Shown: positions 41,386 to 51,737, counted from the stretch's first letter. The stretch is DNA of 64,000 nt from Nitrosopumilus sp. (GCA_965204345.1 OZ241981.1:1344001-1408000), one strand, 5' to 3'. The notes: generated from the sequence alone by a model not told the origin. A program made the numbers and translations.

Positions 41386-41619
41386 AGTGGAGATGTTAAT
41401 GCCGGATATTACTATAACCAAGAATTTGATAAAATTCTAAAATATACTGAAGATAAGAGGATTTGTTATTCCATCAAAATATTCTACTGTAAGGTATTTC
41501 TTGAAAACTATTGGTTTTCATATAACCTGATCGTGAAAATTAATTATGAATAATATTATACCCAAGTCGTTATTATTAACAAATACTTGATCATAAGAGC
41601 TTTCAGGGAATGATGATAA

Positions 41620-42198
41620 ATGAATATTGAAAATATTACAAAGGAAGACATGGTATTGGCCTTAATCAAAAGGGCAACAGAGTATACTGGAACTAAAAAC
41701 AACAAAGGCGTACATGGAAAGAAAGCTCTTCAGAAAAGCCTCTATTTCCTAAATGATAAATTTCATCTATTTGGATTTAGATGGGGTGATTATGGCCCAT
41801 TAAGCGGTGAAATTCAGCAAATTGCTGAAGATCTTATTACTAGAGGTGATATTACAGTCACAAAAATCCCTACCAAAAAAGATGGTATCTTTACTCAACA
41901 CATGAAATATTCTATGAAAGATGATTCTTACTTTGAAGAGTTGGATATGCCAAAAGATTTGGATTCTGAATTAGATGAAATTGTCAAATTTACTGCGGGT
42001 AAAAGTCCTAGAGATTTAGAACTCCTTGCATCTGTTCATTTTTGGGCTATGCGACAACAAGATCTGTTAGATGAATATTCTATGAATTATGTTTTAGAAA
42101 AATTAACTGAGCTAAAACCTGATGCTGGCTTCAAACAGTCTGATGTTGAATATGCTATTGAAACTCTTGTAACCCATGAATATTTACCAAAAAACTAG
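41620..42198 (+). CDS. YwgA/SocA (Panacea)-like antitoxin-domain protein
   Basis: GKKALQKSLYFL...F.WGDYGPLSGEI...DLELLASVHF. Confidence 0.6.
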   Translation: MNIENITKEDMVLALIKRATEYTGTKNNKGVHGKKALQKSLYFLNDKFHLFGFRWGDYGPLSGEIQQIAEDLITRGDITVTKIPTKKDGIFTQHMKYSMKDDSYFEELDMPKDLDSELDEIVKFTAGKSPRDLELLASVHFWAMRQQDLLDEYSMNYVLEKLTELKPDAGFKQSDVEYAIETLVTHEYLPKN

Positions 42199-42398
42199 TT
42201 TTTATGATATTTTTCTAATTATGAATTGATCTCTGTTGGGTTTAATTTAATATCTGTTCATAATCAACAGATCTACAAATTTTTTTATTTTAACCAAAGG
42301 TCAGCCTGTGATTAATTAGGATCAATTGATCTCACTAAATTGTTAACAGAATTGATCGATACGATACTTGAGGATAGGGGAATAATAGTTACGTTACA

Positions 42399-43835
42399 AT
42401 GAGTATATTCCAATTTCTTGGGCTATTAGGTAGAGAAGAAAAAAAACAGGTTTCTCTTAGAGGCAGATGGATTGAAAGAGAATTTGGTTTTGAATATACT
42501 CCATTTGAAAGAAAGCAAATTGAAGAATTTTCTAAATCAAAAAAGAAAGATTTAGTAGAATTATCTGGATTTGTTTCTTGGATAGACAGAATCCGATTTT
42601 TACTTTTGCCAACTAGAACTACTCAAAGTAATTACATTATTTGTGAGGCTATAGAAGGATTAAACTTTCCTCCAAATAATTCATACATTTCTTGTAAAGG
42701 ACGATGGAAATATAGTGGAAAACTAGATTCCTTTTACAAAATTTTAGTTATAGAGGATGCCAAATTAGACATTCCTGACTACAAAAAATTTTCTTCGGAT
42801 ATGAAAGCATCTGATTTTCAGGGAAACCTATTTGAAAATTGGACTAATATTGATTCAACTCAACAGAATTTCTTATCACAATACTTCATCAGCTCTCCAT
42901 CATTGCCTAGTAGAGTAGGTGGAATTACAGTTTCTTTATTTAATCCTCGTCGTCAGTCCAAATTAGTCAGATCCCTTAATTTGGATTTACGAAGATCTAT
43001 TGCTCCAGAATTATTAGGTACAAAAAAAATGATTTTTGATATTCCTGAATTAAACAAAAAACATCGATTATTGCCATTTGATTGGAATGAAGAGATATCT
43101 GATTTTGAAAAAATTTCAGATAATACACAACAATCTCTTTTTAGAAAAAATCCTGTTGATAATTCGGAGCAATCTATTTCATTATTATCAAAAAAACATA
43201 AACCTCAAACTTTAGATTCATTTGGACTTACAAAATCAGATTATCCTATTGTAATTGAAGAACATGTAGAACGAAAAAACCATTCAATATATGCAGATTT
43301 GAAAATGACTCAATTTATTGTTGCAGCTCACATGAATACTCCTAGCATTGAACAAAAAATCTATGATGAATCATTAACCCATGCTAGAAATGAGATTAAG
43401 AAATTTGTAGATACTAAAAGTCATCTAGCAACTCATCTATTGGGATATGATAAAATGTTTAATTTAGATTATAACGGAAAACCATCTTCTATTTTGAATT
43501 TAGCTATATCTCAACAACGAGTAACTAATAGTGGTACTGTAAATAAAGAAAAAATTGTTTCGTCTACTAATGAATACATAAAAAATCTCAATCTTGTTTT
43601 CAAAATATGGGGAGATAGAACTGCCGAAGGTAAAATTCATTCACTGGCATCATTAAGCCTTAATGAAGAAAAAATTCTTGTATTTTTACATAGACATGGA
43701 CCTCATACGTTTAATGAAATTTGTAAGGCAACTGAACTCAGTATTGAGAAATGTAACAAAGCAATAGAGTATCTGTATAAAGAAGGTGCAATTTACATGT
43801 ATTCTCAAAATCAATACGCTGCTGTTCCTCAATAA
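42399..43835 (+). CDS. Hypothetical protein, possible degenerate MCM-like (OB-like N-terminus, C-terminal winged helix)
   Basis: C-terminal KAIEYLYKEGAIYMYSQNQY wHTH; no intact Walker A/B. Confidence 0.55.
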   Translation: MSIFQFLGLLGREEKKQVSLRGRWIEREFGFEYTPFERKQIEEFSKSKKKDLVELSGFVSWIDRIRFLLLPTRTTQSNYIICEAIEGLNFPPNNSYISCKGRWKYSGKLDSFYKILVIEDAKLDIPDYKKFSSDMKASDFQGNLFENWTNIDSTQQNFLSQYFISSPSLPSRVGGITVSLFNPRRQSKLVRSLNLDLRRSIAPELLGTKKMIFDIPELNKKHRLLPFDWNEEISDFEKISDNTQQSLFRKNPVDNSEQSISLLSKKHKPQTLDSFGLTKSDYPIVIEEHVERKNHSIYADLKMTQFIVAAHMNTPSIEQKIYDESLTHARNEIKKFVDTKSHLATHLLGYDKMFNLDYNGKPSSILNLAISQQRVTNSGTVNKEKIVSSTNEYIKNLNLVFKIWGDRTAEGKIHSLASLSLNEEKILVFLHRHGPHTFNEICKATELSIEKCNKAIEYLYKEGAIYMYSQNQYAAVPQ

Positions 43836-43898
43836 TGAAATTTAATTCTAAGAAAGATTCACACCTATCTGCACCCACTTTACCCAAAATGACGGCTG

Positions 43899-43917
43899 AA
43901 TCCCCGTGAGCCATACC
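43899..43917 (+). repeat. Degenerate copy of tRNA-Val 3' end (att-like)
   Basis: AATCCCCGTGAGCC-ATACC vs AATCCCCGTGGGCCCATACC at 39247-39266. Confidence 0.7.
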
Positions 43918-43996
43918 ATATAATGAGTATCAAATAAGACGCACATTATGCCATCATCCAATGGAATTAACCATTGAGAAAATCAATACGCGTACA

Positions 43997-44100
43997 GATC
44001 TTTATACTCGTTACAAAATTGATACATTGATACCAAGATTCATATTGATATTAACCAAGTAAGCAGGATCTTTATACTTGTTACAAATTGACACATTGAT
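43997..44100. repeat. Repeat-spacer-repeat unit: ~35-bp near-identical repeat around a 35-bp insert
   Basis: GATCTTTATACTYGTTACAAA(A)TTGAYACATTGAT at 43997-44031 and 44067-44100. Confidence 0.85.
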
Positions 44101-44422
44101 GGCAGGTGGCAGCATTCACTTTTACAAGCCTAGACAAACTATTGGAAGAAAGCAATTTCTTGAGAGGATAATTGACTGGCATGAGGAAGGAAATCATATA
44201 GTGAAAACTCTAACAGAATATGATCAAAACTACAGAAAAAAAATTTGTAGTAAATGTACAGAAGAACAACAAAAGAAACGTAATTGTCTAAAATTAGACA
44301 TGTACACATCAGAAGGAATTCAACTAAAACATTGCAGTCACATGAATAATGCCCGTGTAAGAAAACATAAGCAGCTAATTAGAAATCATATACATCTACA
44401 CCCTTCGCTTCAAATTATCTAG
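44099..44422 (+). CDS. Hypothetical Cys/His-containing protein
   Basis: CSKC...C...HCSH; TATA-like TTTATA ~25 bp upstream. Confidence 0.6.
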   Translation: MAGGSIHFYKPRQTIGRKQFLERIIDWHEEGNHIVKTLTEYDQNYRKKICSKCTEEQQKKRNCLKLDMYTSEGIQLKHCSHMNNARVRKHKQLIRNHIHLHPSLQII

Positions 44423-45415
44423 CTCATCAAAGAGAGCTTTCCTTTTTGGAACATATTCAGAAAAGAAAATTCCTTTTTTTACATGCTCTTTTATTTTCTC
44501 AATTTCCTTGCTGAGATTATTCATTGATTTTACTACTGCCTCTTCTGGAGTAATTCTCATTTTGTTATAACTCAGAATATTTCTATCAAGTACATATCCA
44601 AATACTTCCTTTGATTTCCTTCTTTCTTTCTCATCATTTTTCTTCCTTGGAAATCTTCGGAAATTGTGAGATGCAGTATGAACACCATAAAGAAAAGTGC
44701 ATGCCAAAAGTGATCTGTGAGGTGGAACAGTAGTGAAATGTCCTTTTATAACTGCTGTTACATTACACCAAACATTTTTTCCAAAAATTTTCTGAGATAA
44801 TCTTATCCAGTTTACATAATGCTTATCAAATGATGAAAATTTCACATTAAATCTTGAATATCCTTTCTCAATGATATAGTCAAGCTTCGCTTCAAATAAT
44901 CCTGGAGTGATAATTTCTATATCAATTGTAGGACAAATAATCTGATTATGTGGATTCTCTATACTTTTTAGCTGAGCCGCAAAAGCATCTACTGACTGTT
45001 CTCTATTGATCTCAATATCTGACAAAAACACTGATCTTAGAGTTCTCTGAATCTCTAGAATTGCCTGTCTATCTGCCTCTGTTTTACTGTAACCTTTCAA
45101 AAAATCATAGCCGATATCTATGATGCTATTGGGATATTTGCCCTTCAAATCAGAATATTTTTTCATAATGTTATTTTTTGTCTGCTTGTTTGCTAGCGGA
45201 TTTTTAATCTTTACTTGGTGATATAATTGAACAAGATTAGTATCTAGATTTGTATCCAAATCTTCTGCTTTTTCTAATTCACTTTTTATTGCTGCAACAT
45301 TTGGAAATTCAAACTTTTTTCCATAAATTGTAACTTCAATTACATTTACTCCCAACATGCCATCTTTAAGATCGATTTTATCTTGTGCAATATTTTCAAC
45401 GACTACATCTGTCAT
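44396..45415 (-). CDS. Hypothetical protein with TGT-like TIM-barrel pattern
   Basis: IYGKKFEFP, ILEIQRTLRSVFL, LYGVHTAS recall TGT IETP, IEIQ..LGSDI, LGVDMFD; catalytic residues not evident. Confidence 0.5.
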   Translation of the reverse strand: MTDVVVENIAQDKIDLKDGMLGVNVIEVTIYGKKFEFPNVAAIKSELEKAEDLDTNLDTNLVQLYHQVKIKNPLANKQTKNNIMKKYSDLKGKYPNSIIDIGYDFLKGYSKTEADRQAILEIQRTLRSVFLSDIEINREQSVDAFAAQLKSIENPHNQIICPTIDIEIITPGLFEAKLDYIIEKGYSRFNVKFSSFDKHYVNWIRLSQKIFGKNVWCNVTAVIKGHFTTVPPHRSLLACTFLYGVHTASHNFRRFPRKKNDEKERRKSKEVFGYVLDRNILSYNKMRITPEEAVVKSMNNLSKEIEKIKEHVKKGIFFSEYVPKRKALFDELDNLKRRV

Positions 45416-45639
45416 CTGTATTCTTCTATTCTAGGTAGTTTGATGTCTAAATAGATATTGCAAGTTGTAACTTTTCTTGTTTGGTCTAATTTTTTCATTC
45501 CACCACTAACCACAATAGGATCCTCAAGTATCGAATCAATTAATTCTCTTAATAATTCGATGCGAGCAATTGATCCTAACACCATACCGTGTACAATACA
45601 GTTAACACCGTTCCAATAAATATTGGAGCGGAATTTCAC
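45412..45639 (-). CDS. Small hypothetical protein
   Basis: Stop overlaps next start (ATGA). Confidence 0.45.
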   Translation of the reverse strand: MKFRSNIYWNGVNCIVHGMVLGSIARIELLRELIDSILEDPIVVSGGMKKLDQTRKVTTCNIYLDIKLPRIEEYR

Positions 45640-45676
45640 AAAAAGATCTTAATACTTGGTAATTGTATTATTACCT

Positions 45677-45862
45677 ATGCGATCTATTACATGCGGAATA
45701 TGTAGCAAAAAACACAAAATGTACGGTACAAGAGTAGAAAGAAATCTAACTAATATTTCAAACAATGGATTGCTATACAAATGCAGAGCATGTAATGCAT
45801 CACTAAACATAATTAGACTAAACGGAGAATGGGGTGTAAGATGGATTGAAGTCCTAACTTAG
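45677..45862 (+). CDS. Zn-ribbon microprotein
   Basis: CGIC...YKCRAC. Confidence 0.6.
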   Translation: MRSITCGICSKKHKMYGTRVERNLTNISNNGLLYKCRACNASLNIIRLNGEWGVRWIEVLT

Positions 45863-46115
45863 AATTTTCTGATCCAATACACCAAAATGATCTTTAATTC
45901 GATCTTTTCTAAAACAAACATGTAGCCGAAGTCTAAATCTTGTTTAAAGTGAATGCACCATATGAGGCTACATCTGATGATGTAGAAAATTTATTGAATA
46001 TTGCGAATAAAATATTTAAAGAATTATCATGATTTAGGTGAGAAATTTAATTTTAATATATATTTTTTGTATTATCCAATAAAATCTATATTAATTTCAC
46101 CACGTCACTATATCT

Positions 46116-46559
46116 ATGAAACAAAAACTTTCATACCAAATAGGTGACGGTCATATTGTTACAGGAGAAATTCCTGTATCACATGACAATTTTATCTTCA
46201 CAGACATTGAAGAACATATTGTCTTCACCAAATCCGACATTATCATGCATTATGATAAGGTAATGTCGACACTTGGTGACTCTTACAAGGGAGCAAGTAA
46301 ATATGCCTATGATAATATTTTACAAGCAATCAATACAATAATCGTTGCAAAAAATAATAGACTAAGAAGATCTGGAAAATCTGAAGCATTAGGCATTTTT
46401 GCATCAAGAGATGAAATTCTCTCCTGCAAAAATTCAGAGAATACCTCTGTTATTAGGAATAAAGATGACTTCAGGTCAAATACTAAAGTTATCAACAAAG
46501 TTTTTGTAGAAAAGTCGGTTCCAGCATGGATTGAAAAGTTTCTAGGAGGTAATTTTTAA
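46116..46559 (+). CDS. Hypothetical protein, translationally coupled to DUF2130 gene
   Basis: TAATG overlap at 46557-46561. Confidence 0.65.
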   Translation: MKQKLSYQIGDGHIVTGEIPVSHDNFIFTDIEEHIVFTKSDIIMHYDKVMSTLGDSYKGASKYAYDNILQAINTIIVAKNNRLRRSGKSEALGIFASRDEILSCKNSENTSVIRNKDDFRSNTKVINKVFVEKSVPAWIEKFLGGNF

Positions 46560-47755
46560 TGACACAAGAGATTCTTACAGATTCAAAATGTCCATTGTGT
46601 AGAAAGGAGCTAGCATCTCATGAATATCATGCAGCACTAAAAGAGCTTGAAAACAAAGTACAGCAAAACTATGAAAAACAAAACAAGATTCTCACAAAAC
46701 AATACGAAGAACAAATAGAGCATCTAAAAGAGAAACATGAGACAGAAAGCACTAGAATAGAGCAAGATGTTACAAATTCTTACAAAAAACAGATTGAATT
46801 GATGCAGCAAAACTATGATGAAATGTCAAAGCAGAGTCAAAATCAATTCTCTGAGTTAAAAAAACAGCTAGAAACAAGCCACAAAAAAGATTTGGCAGAA
46901 AAGGAAAAGCAAATCAAATCTTTTGAGAAAGAACAGACAAAGTTCAAAAAATCTGCAATGGAGACAGCAAAGGCAGAGTTTGAGCTAAAATCTAAAAATC
47001 TCAATGACGAGATTAGAGCGCGTGACATACAGGTAACGAGATTCAAAGATGAGGTTGATTCACTCAAGAAACAACTCACACAAAGTCAGGCTGAACTTAA
47101 AGGTGAGGCTGGGGAGATAGATCTCTTTGTGACGTTAACTGATGCCTTCCCACAAGACAACTTTAGGCGTCAAAAAAGAGGAATTTCAAGTGGTGATCTG
47201 ATACAGCGTATCAGAACAGTATCATCTACACTTGATACACCAATTGTCTATGACAACAAGGCAGCAAATTCTGTAACAAAGACAGACATCATAAAGGCCA
47301 AGAAATATCAAAAAATACATGGAACAACATATGTTTTGATTGTAGGACAGAATCTTCCAAAGAAGAATGTCCCAAATGGTTTACTTGGTGAAAAAGATGG
47401 AATCATCTTGGTTCATCCTAGCATAGTAGTAGAGGTCTCAAAGAGAATCCGTGAAGGAATAATTGAGATATCAAAACTCTCACTGGGAAAAGAAGACAGA
47501 CAAGAAAAACAAGACAAATTATACCACTACATAATGAGTCAAGAGTTTTCTATGATTCTAAAGTCACTGTCAGACCTAAATGAGAAATTCTACCATCTCC
47601 AGTCAAAGGAAGAAAAGGATCACCAAACATTGTGGAAAAACCGCAAGAGTTTGCAAGAAGAATTTCTCAAGACATACAATGAACTCTCAAGTGGAATTGA
47701 GAGTATCACACAAGATTCTCTGATAGAAATTACACCAGAAACAGGAGAAAAATAA
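46559..47755 (+). CDS. DUF2130-like protein (Zn knuckle, coiled coil, PD-(D/E)XK-like domain)
   Basis: CPLC; long coiled coil; KGEAGE...FPQD...GDLIQRI...YDNK. Confidence 0.8.
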   Translation: MTQEILTDSKCPLCRKELASHEYHAALKELENKVQQNYEKQNKILTKQYEEQIEHLKEKHETESTRIEQDVTNSYKKQIELMQQNYDEMSKQSQNQFSELKKQLETSHKKDLAEKEKQIKSFEKEQTKFKKSAMETAKAEFELKSKNLNDEIRARDIQVTRFKDEVDSLKKQLTQSQAELKGEAGEIDLFVTLTDAFPQDNFRRQKRGISSGDLIQRIRTVSSTLDTPIVYDNKAANSVTKTDIIKAKKYQKIHGTTYVLIVGQNLPKKNVPNGLLGEKDGIILVHPSIVVEVSKRIREGIIEISKLSLGKEDRQEKQDKLYHYIMSQEFSMILKSLSDLNEKFYHLQSKEEKDHQTLWKNRKSLQEEFLKTYNELSSGIESITQDSLIEITPETGEK

Positions 47756-48117
47756 TGAACTGTCCAAAGTGTTAAAGTTCAAAAATGAATTTCTTTTTGA
47801 AAACTAGATCTCCTGAAATAATTCCTTTCAAAGAGTGTAAAGATTGTGCATATGAGATGAAACAATCTGAGACGATTTACTTGAATGACACAAAAAAGAT
47901 GAATGACAATAAATCAAAACAAAAAAGATTCAATCAAACATCTATTTTTTCTCATTTCAATGCAAAATGTGAATATGTAGATCCAAAATCTCCCAGAAAA
48001 TGCAATTCACAAGAAAGATCTTACCACTCATCATCTAAATTACAATCATTCTGATGACTGCCAAAAAATTTAGAAATTTTCTGTCTTCCTCATCATGAAA
48101 ACGAGAAGAAATTTTAA
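47755..48117 (+). pseudogene. Disrupted Zn-finger/HNH endonuclease
   Basis: MNCPKC-stop in frame with CKDC; later HHLNYNHSDDC..NLEIFCLPHH across frameshifts. Confidence 0.6.
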
Positions 48118-48437
48118 AGAAAAAACGTGATTACAGATAATACCAATACATTCATCATTTTATTTTAAACAAAAACTCCTCCTACCTGAGTTCTTATTTA
48201 ACTAAAATTTGATAACTCTTAGGACTATCTAATCTATTGTGGATTCTTATATACAAGAATCATATTTTCGTATATGTCGAACAACTTGGTAGGGTTTGGT
48301 AATTTGATATTGCAGAAGTGTGCAGTATGTACAAACACTTTCTTATCATGGAATAGTAATACTATATTAGAAATGAACATTTTCTTTACGTATATTAAAC
48401 CTCAAATATCATCACAAAATCCGAGAGACGAAGTAAT

Positions 48438-48740
48438 ATGATGAATTTAGAACAATCCAATGATTTGAAAAGTGCTCTTGTATTAGTCAAGTGTTCTAAA
48501 AATGAACATAATGATTGCAGAACTATAAGAGATGCTATGCTTAAGAAATTTGGTCATATACAAGAAGCATATACTACTGATGTTGAAATTGATAATCAAA
48601 AATGGTGTGTTGCAGCATCTGCATTAATTCCTTCTAATGAATCAGATCAATTCAAGAAAGAGTTGGGTAACCTTGATGCAGATGAATCTAATGCACACAT
48701 CACTATTGATGATTCTCGAGTCTTTATAGATGGACAGTAA
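48438..48740 (+). CDS. Small ferredoxin-like (Lrp/AsnC ligand-binding-like) protein
   Basis: ALVLVKC...IQEAYTT pattern. Confidence 0.5.
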   Translation: MMNLEQSNDLKSALVLVKCSKNEHNDCRTIRDAMLKKFGHIQEAYTTDVEIDNQKWCVAASALIPSNESDQFKKELGNLDADESNAHITIDDSRVFIDGQ

Positions 48741-48776
48741 AAGATTAAATCATATCTTCATAATTAATCAATACAC

Positions 48777-49742
48777 ATGTTTGTTTTTCTAATTGTAAGT
48801 GAGGATCAACATGATTTTGTATTACAAGAAATAGAAAGTCATGGCTATACTGTAATGGTGAATTCTAGACAAACACACTCAATATCAGTACGCGTTGATG
48901 ATTTTGGGGATAACCAACAAAGTAAAGAACAATTAGAACAGGATTTTTCAGGGATTGATGGCGTACTTCAAGTTCAATTAGCTGCGCCATTTCTAAATGC
49001 AGGTGAAGAAGTACCATTAACTGCATCTTTCAAAACTGGAGGATGTAGATTGATTTTTGATGTTGATAGTACACTCACACAAGGTACACCTGGAGTAATT
49101 CATCCTGATGTAGAAAATATCTTTGATAAAATTAAAGAAAAAGGAATTCGCATTTATCTTGCAACAGGACGATCAATGCCTGATCTAATCGAATTGATAA
49201 AAATTTTACCTATAAGTAAACATTCTATTGCTGAAAATGGCGGAATTATACTTGGATTTCCTCCTAAAAATTATGATGAATTTGGAACTATTACTGAACC
49301 AAAAAAAATTCTGACCTATTTACAAGGAAAATATTCTGTTAGAGAAGATATGGATCAAGGTGAACGATTTACGGAAATAATATTCTTGAAAAAAGATGTA
49401 ACAATGGAAAAATTAAAAGAAGCAAAATCTGCTACTGGAGCAAATGTGGATTTCCACGAAAGTCAAAATTCATTTCATGTAGCAGAACACGGTAAAAATA
49501 AAGGAACAGCGATGTTAGAATTAGCACATCGTCAGCATTGGGGAAATGATTTTAAAATTGCAATAGGTGATGCACCTATGGATATTCCTATGTTTGAAAA
49601 AGCTGACTATAGTTTTGCTGTAGGAAATTGTACTGCTGAGGCAGGTAATGCTGCTTCTAAAACACTTAGCGGCAAATATGAGAAAGGAATACAAGAAATC
49701 TATGAAATAATAGAACAGGTGCGTTCAAATCGACAATTTTAG
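48777..49742 (+). CDS. HAD/Cof-type phosphatase with N-terminal ACT-like domain
   Basis: FDVDSTL, ATGRS, AENGG, NKG, IGDAPMDIPMF. Confidence 0.88.
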   Translation: MFVFLIVSEDQHDFVLQEIESHGYTVMVNSRQTHSISVRVDDFGDNQQSKEQLEQDFSGIDGVLQVQLAAPFLNAGEEVPLTASFKTGGCRLIFDVDSTLTQGTPGVIHPDVENIFDKIKEKGIRIYLATGRSMPDLIELIKILPISKHSIAENGGIILGFPPKNYDEFGTITEPKKILTYLQGKYSVREDMDQGERFTEIIFLKKDVTMEKLKEAKSATGANVDFHESQNSFHVAEHGKNKGTAMLELAHRQHWGNDFKIAIGDAPMDIPMFEKADYSFAVGNCTAEAGNAASKTLSGKYEKGIQEIYEIIEQVRSNRQF

Positions 49743-50059
49743 AATTATTTTTACATTCGTCTATGTTTATTTTCATCCCCAATTTGGTAGATGAATTCCG
49801 TGGCCCATTTCCACTGTGGGTCTTGATACTGCTATCGCTATATTCGTTCTAGCACCGAGACCTGCTTGGAACAAATTCATGGCGCCGGATGGAAAAGAAA
49901 AACACTGCCAGATCCAATCAGGTAATCATGATGGCATGCATGCATAAATCAGAATTTCCATGCCTAAAGGCCTCAAACATTGTAATTCAATGAAATCACA
50001 CACCAATTTCTATGGCAGATATGCGATTTTTTTAAATTCTAATATTTTTACAGTATAAT

Positions 50060-51478
50060 ATGCCCCTTGCATCTAGAGCAATTTCACGTGATTCAGTCAA
50101 AACCTTCATCATGTATGTTCTAAGCAAAAGGGGAACAACAATATCAGTAATCGAGGAGAAAAAAAACAGGAAATATGATGGAGATGCATCACAAAAGAAA
50201 TATCAAGACAAGCATGTATGGATCACTAGAAATGATCTAATAGAATCTGTTGCAAAATTACTAAAGATCAATAAAAATTTGTGGGGTCCAAACCGAAACT
50301 CAAACAAGTTTCACAACATAGTCGATCAAGAGATTGGAAAACTGAGGCGCAAAAAGGAGATAGTAGACTGGAGCAGTACCAAACAGCTCGGAATATTCAG
50401 GCTCGAAGAAAATACTTCTGGTTTAGATGAATTACCAAATATGACTTTAGAAGATCCATCGCCTCAAAAAAATAATCATGATCCCTACACTGATACATCT
50501 GAGCAAAATCTCAAAAAAATATTCATATCCATAATTTCTGAATCCTCAAAATCCAACACCTATAAATTCACCCTTGCCAAGTCCCTCTTGGATTACTGTA
50601 AAGAAACTGATGAAAATAAGCCAACATACGAAATACCATACACATACTTTGCAAGTAAATTTTTAAAATATTATTGGTATCAGGAATACAAATTCAGAAT
50701 GAAACAAGATTATCTTAGTAAAGGAAAACCAAATGTCATCCAACAGATTAACAGTGTCTTTGGGGATAATCCTCCCGGAGATTTTAGCCTGCTTGAGAAA
50801 AACGACATAGATGCTGCAGAGCAAAAAATACTCAAAGCCGTGTTTGGTAGCATTCGGTCAAAAAAATCGATTGTTATTCCTGCATTTCAAAACATTTCAG
50901 TTGGACAAGGTGCAGAAGAGCGCAAGGTATTTTATGACTATGACAACAAAAGTAAAAAGCTATATCTTCGGAAAGAGGCATTTGATTTTTTCAAAAAAAA
51001 TAACAGCATACTATCAAAAGCAGTTCTTGCAGAGTGGGCAAAATTCCTAGAAAAGATCAATCATTCACTACCACGACTAGTTGCAAAGATCGATCAGTAC
51101 GATCTAAAGCGGGGTTCGCTAAATACGGTTCGAAACATGTATCTAAAACATACAGATCACTGCTTTTACTGTGCAAGTAAACTAGAAGATGATTACATTG
51201 AAGTAGATCATTTTATTCCATGGTCATACATATTTGATGATGCTGTATGGAACTTGGTCCTGTCCTGCAAAGACTGCAACCGCAAAAAAAGCAATTCACT
51301 TGCAGAGGAAGAGTTTCATCAGGCACTAATTAAAAGAAATTCAAGGCACTATGAAAAAATAAGAGAACTGCAAATCTCCCTGGATCAACTAAACACAGGC
51401 AAAGGCTGGAAACCGGTGATCAAAAATCACTATGTGACTTGCAAGGACTATGGATTTGCAATGATACGAATGCCTTAA
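50060..51478 (+). CDS. HNH endonuclease with Mrr-N-like winged helix
   Basis: NTYKFTLAKSLL; CFYC...EVDHFIPWS...WNLVLSCKDCNRKKS. Confidence 0.85.
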   Translation: MPLASRAISRDSVKTFIMYVLSKRGTTISVIEEKKNRKYDGDASQKKYQDKHVWITRNDLIESVAKLLKINKNLWGPNRNSNKFHNIVDQEIGKLRRKKEIVDWSSTKQLGIFRLEENTSGLDELPNMTLEDPSPQKNNHDPYTDTSEQNLKKIFISIISESSKSNTYKFTLAKSLLDYCKETDENKPTYEIPYTYFASKFLKYYWYQEYKFRMKQDYLSKGKPNVIQQINSVFGDNPPGDFSLLEKNDIDAAEQKILKAVFGSIRSKKSIVIPAFQNISVGQGAEERKVFYDYDNKSKKLYLRKEAFDFFKKNNSILSKAVLAEWAKFLEKINHSLPRLVAKIDQYDLKRGSLNTVRNMYLKHTDHCFYCASKLEDDYIEVDHFIPWSYIFDDAVWNLVLSCKDCNRKKSNSLAEEEFHQALIKRNSRHYEKIRELQISLDQLNTGKGWKPVIKNHYVTCKDYGFAMIRMP

Positions 51479-51560
51479 TGATGTTCATAACTGTATGTGG
51501 CTTGATGCAGACTTATCCAAAACTTGAAAATACTGCAATCCAATTTTGAGTGAACCATCT

Positions 51561-51737
51561 AAAATATTATGTGCTTTTGGCCGTATACGTGATCTTGATA
51601 CAAAAACAGTACTTTAGCGAAGATACCCAAACATTGATCCGCAATTTATGTTTGTAAATGTTGGTTATAATTTCTGTCCACTGAAATTCAAGGTGCATTT
51701 GGAATTCATCAAATACCAAATTAGATCAATTCATAGA
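51561..51737 (+). pseudogene. DegT/RfbH-like aminotransferase fragment
   Basis: YPNIDPQFMFVNVGYNF..TEIQGAFGIHQ across a frameshift. Confidence 0.6.
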
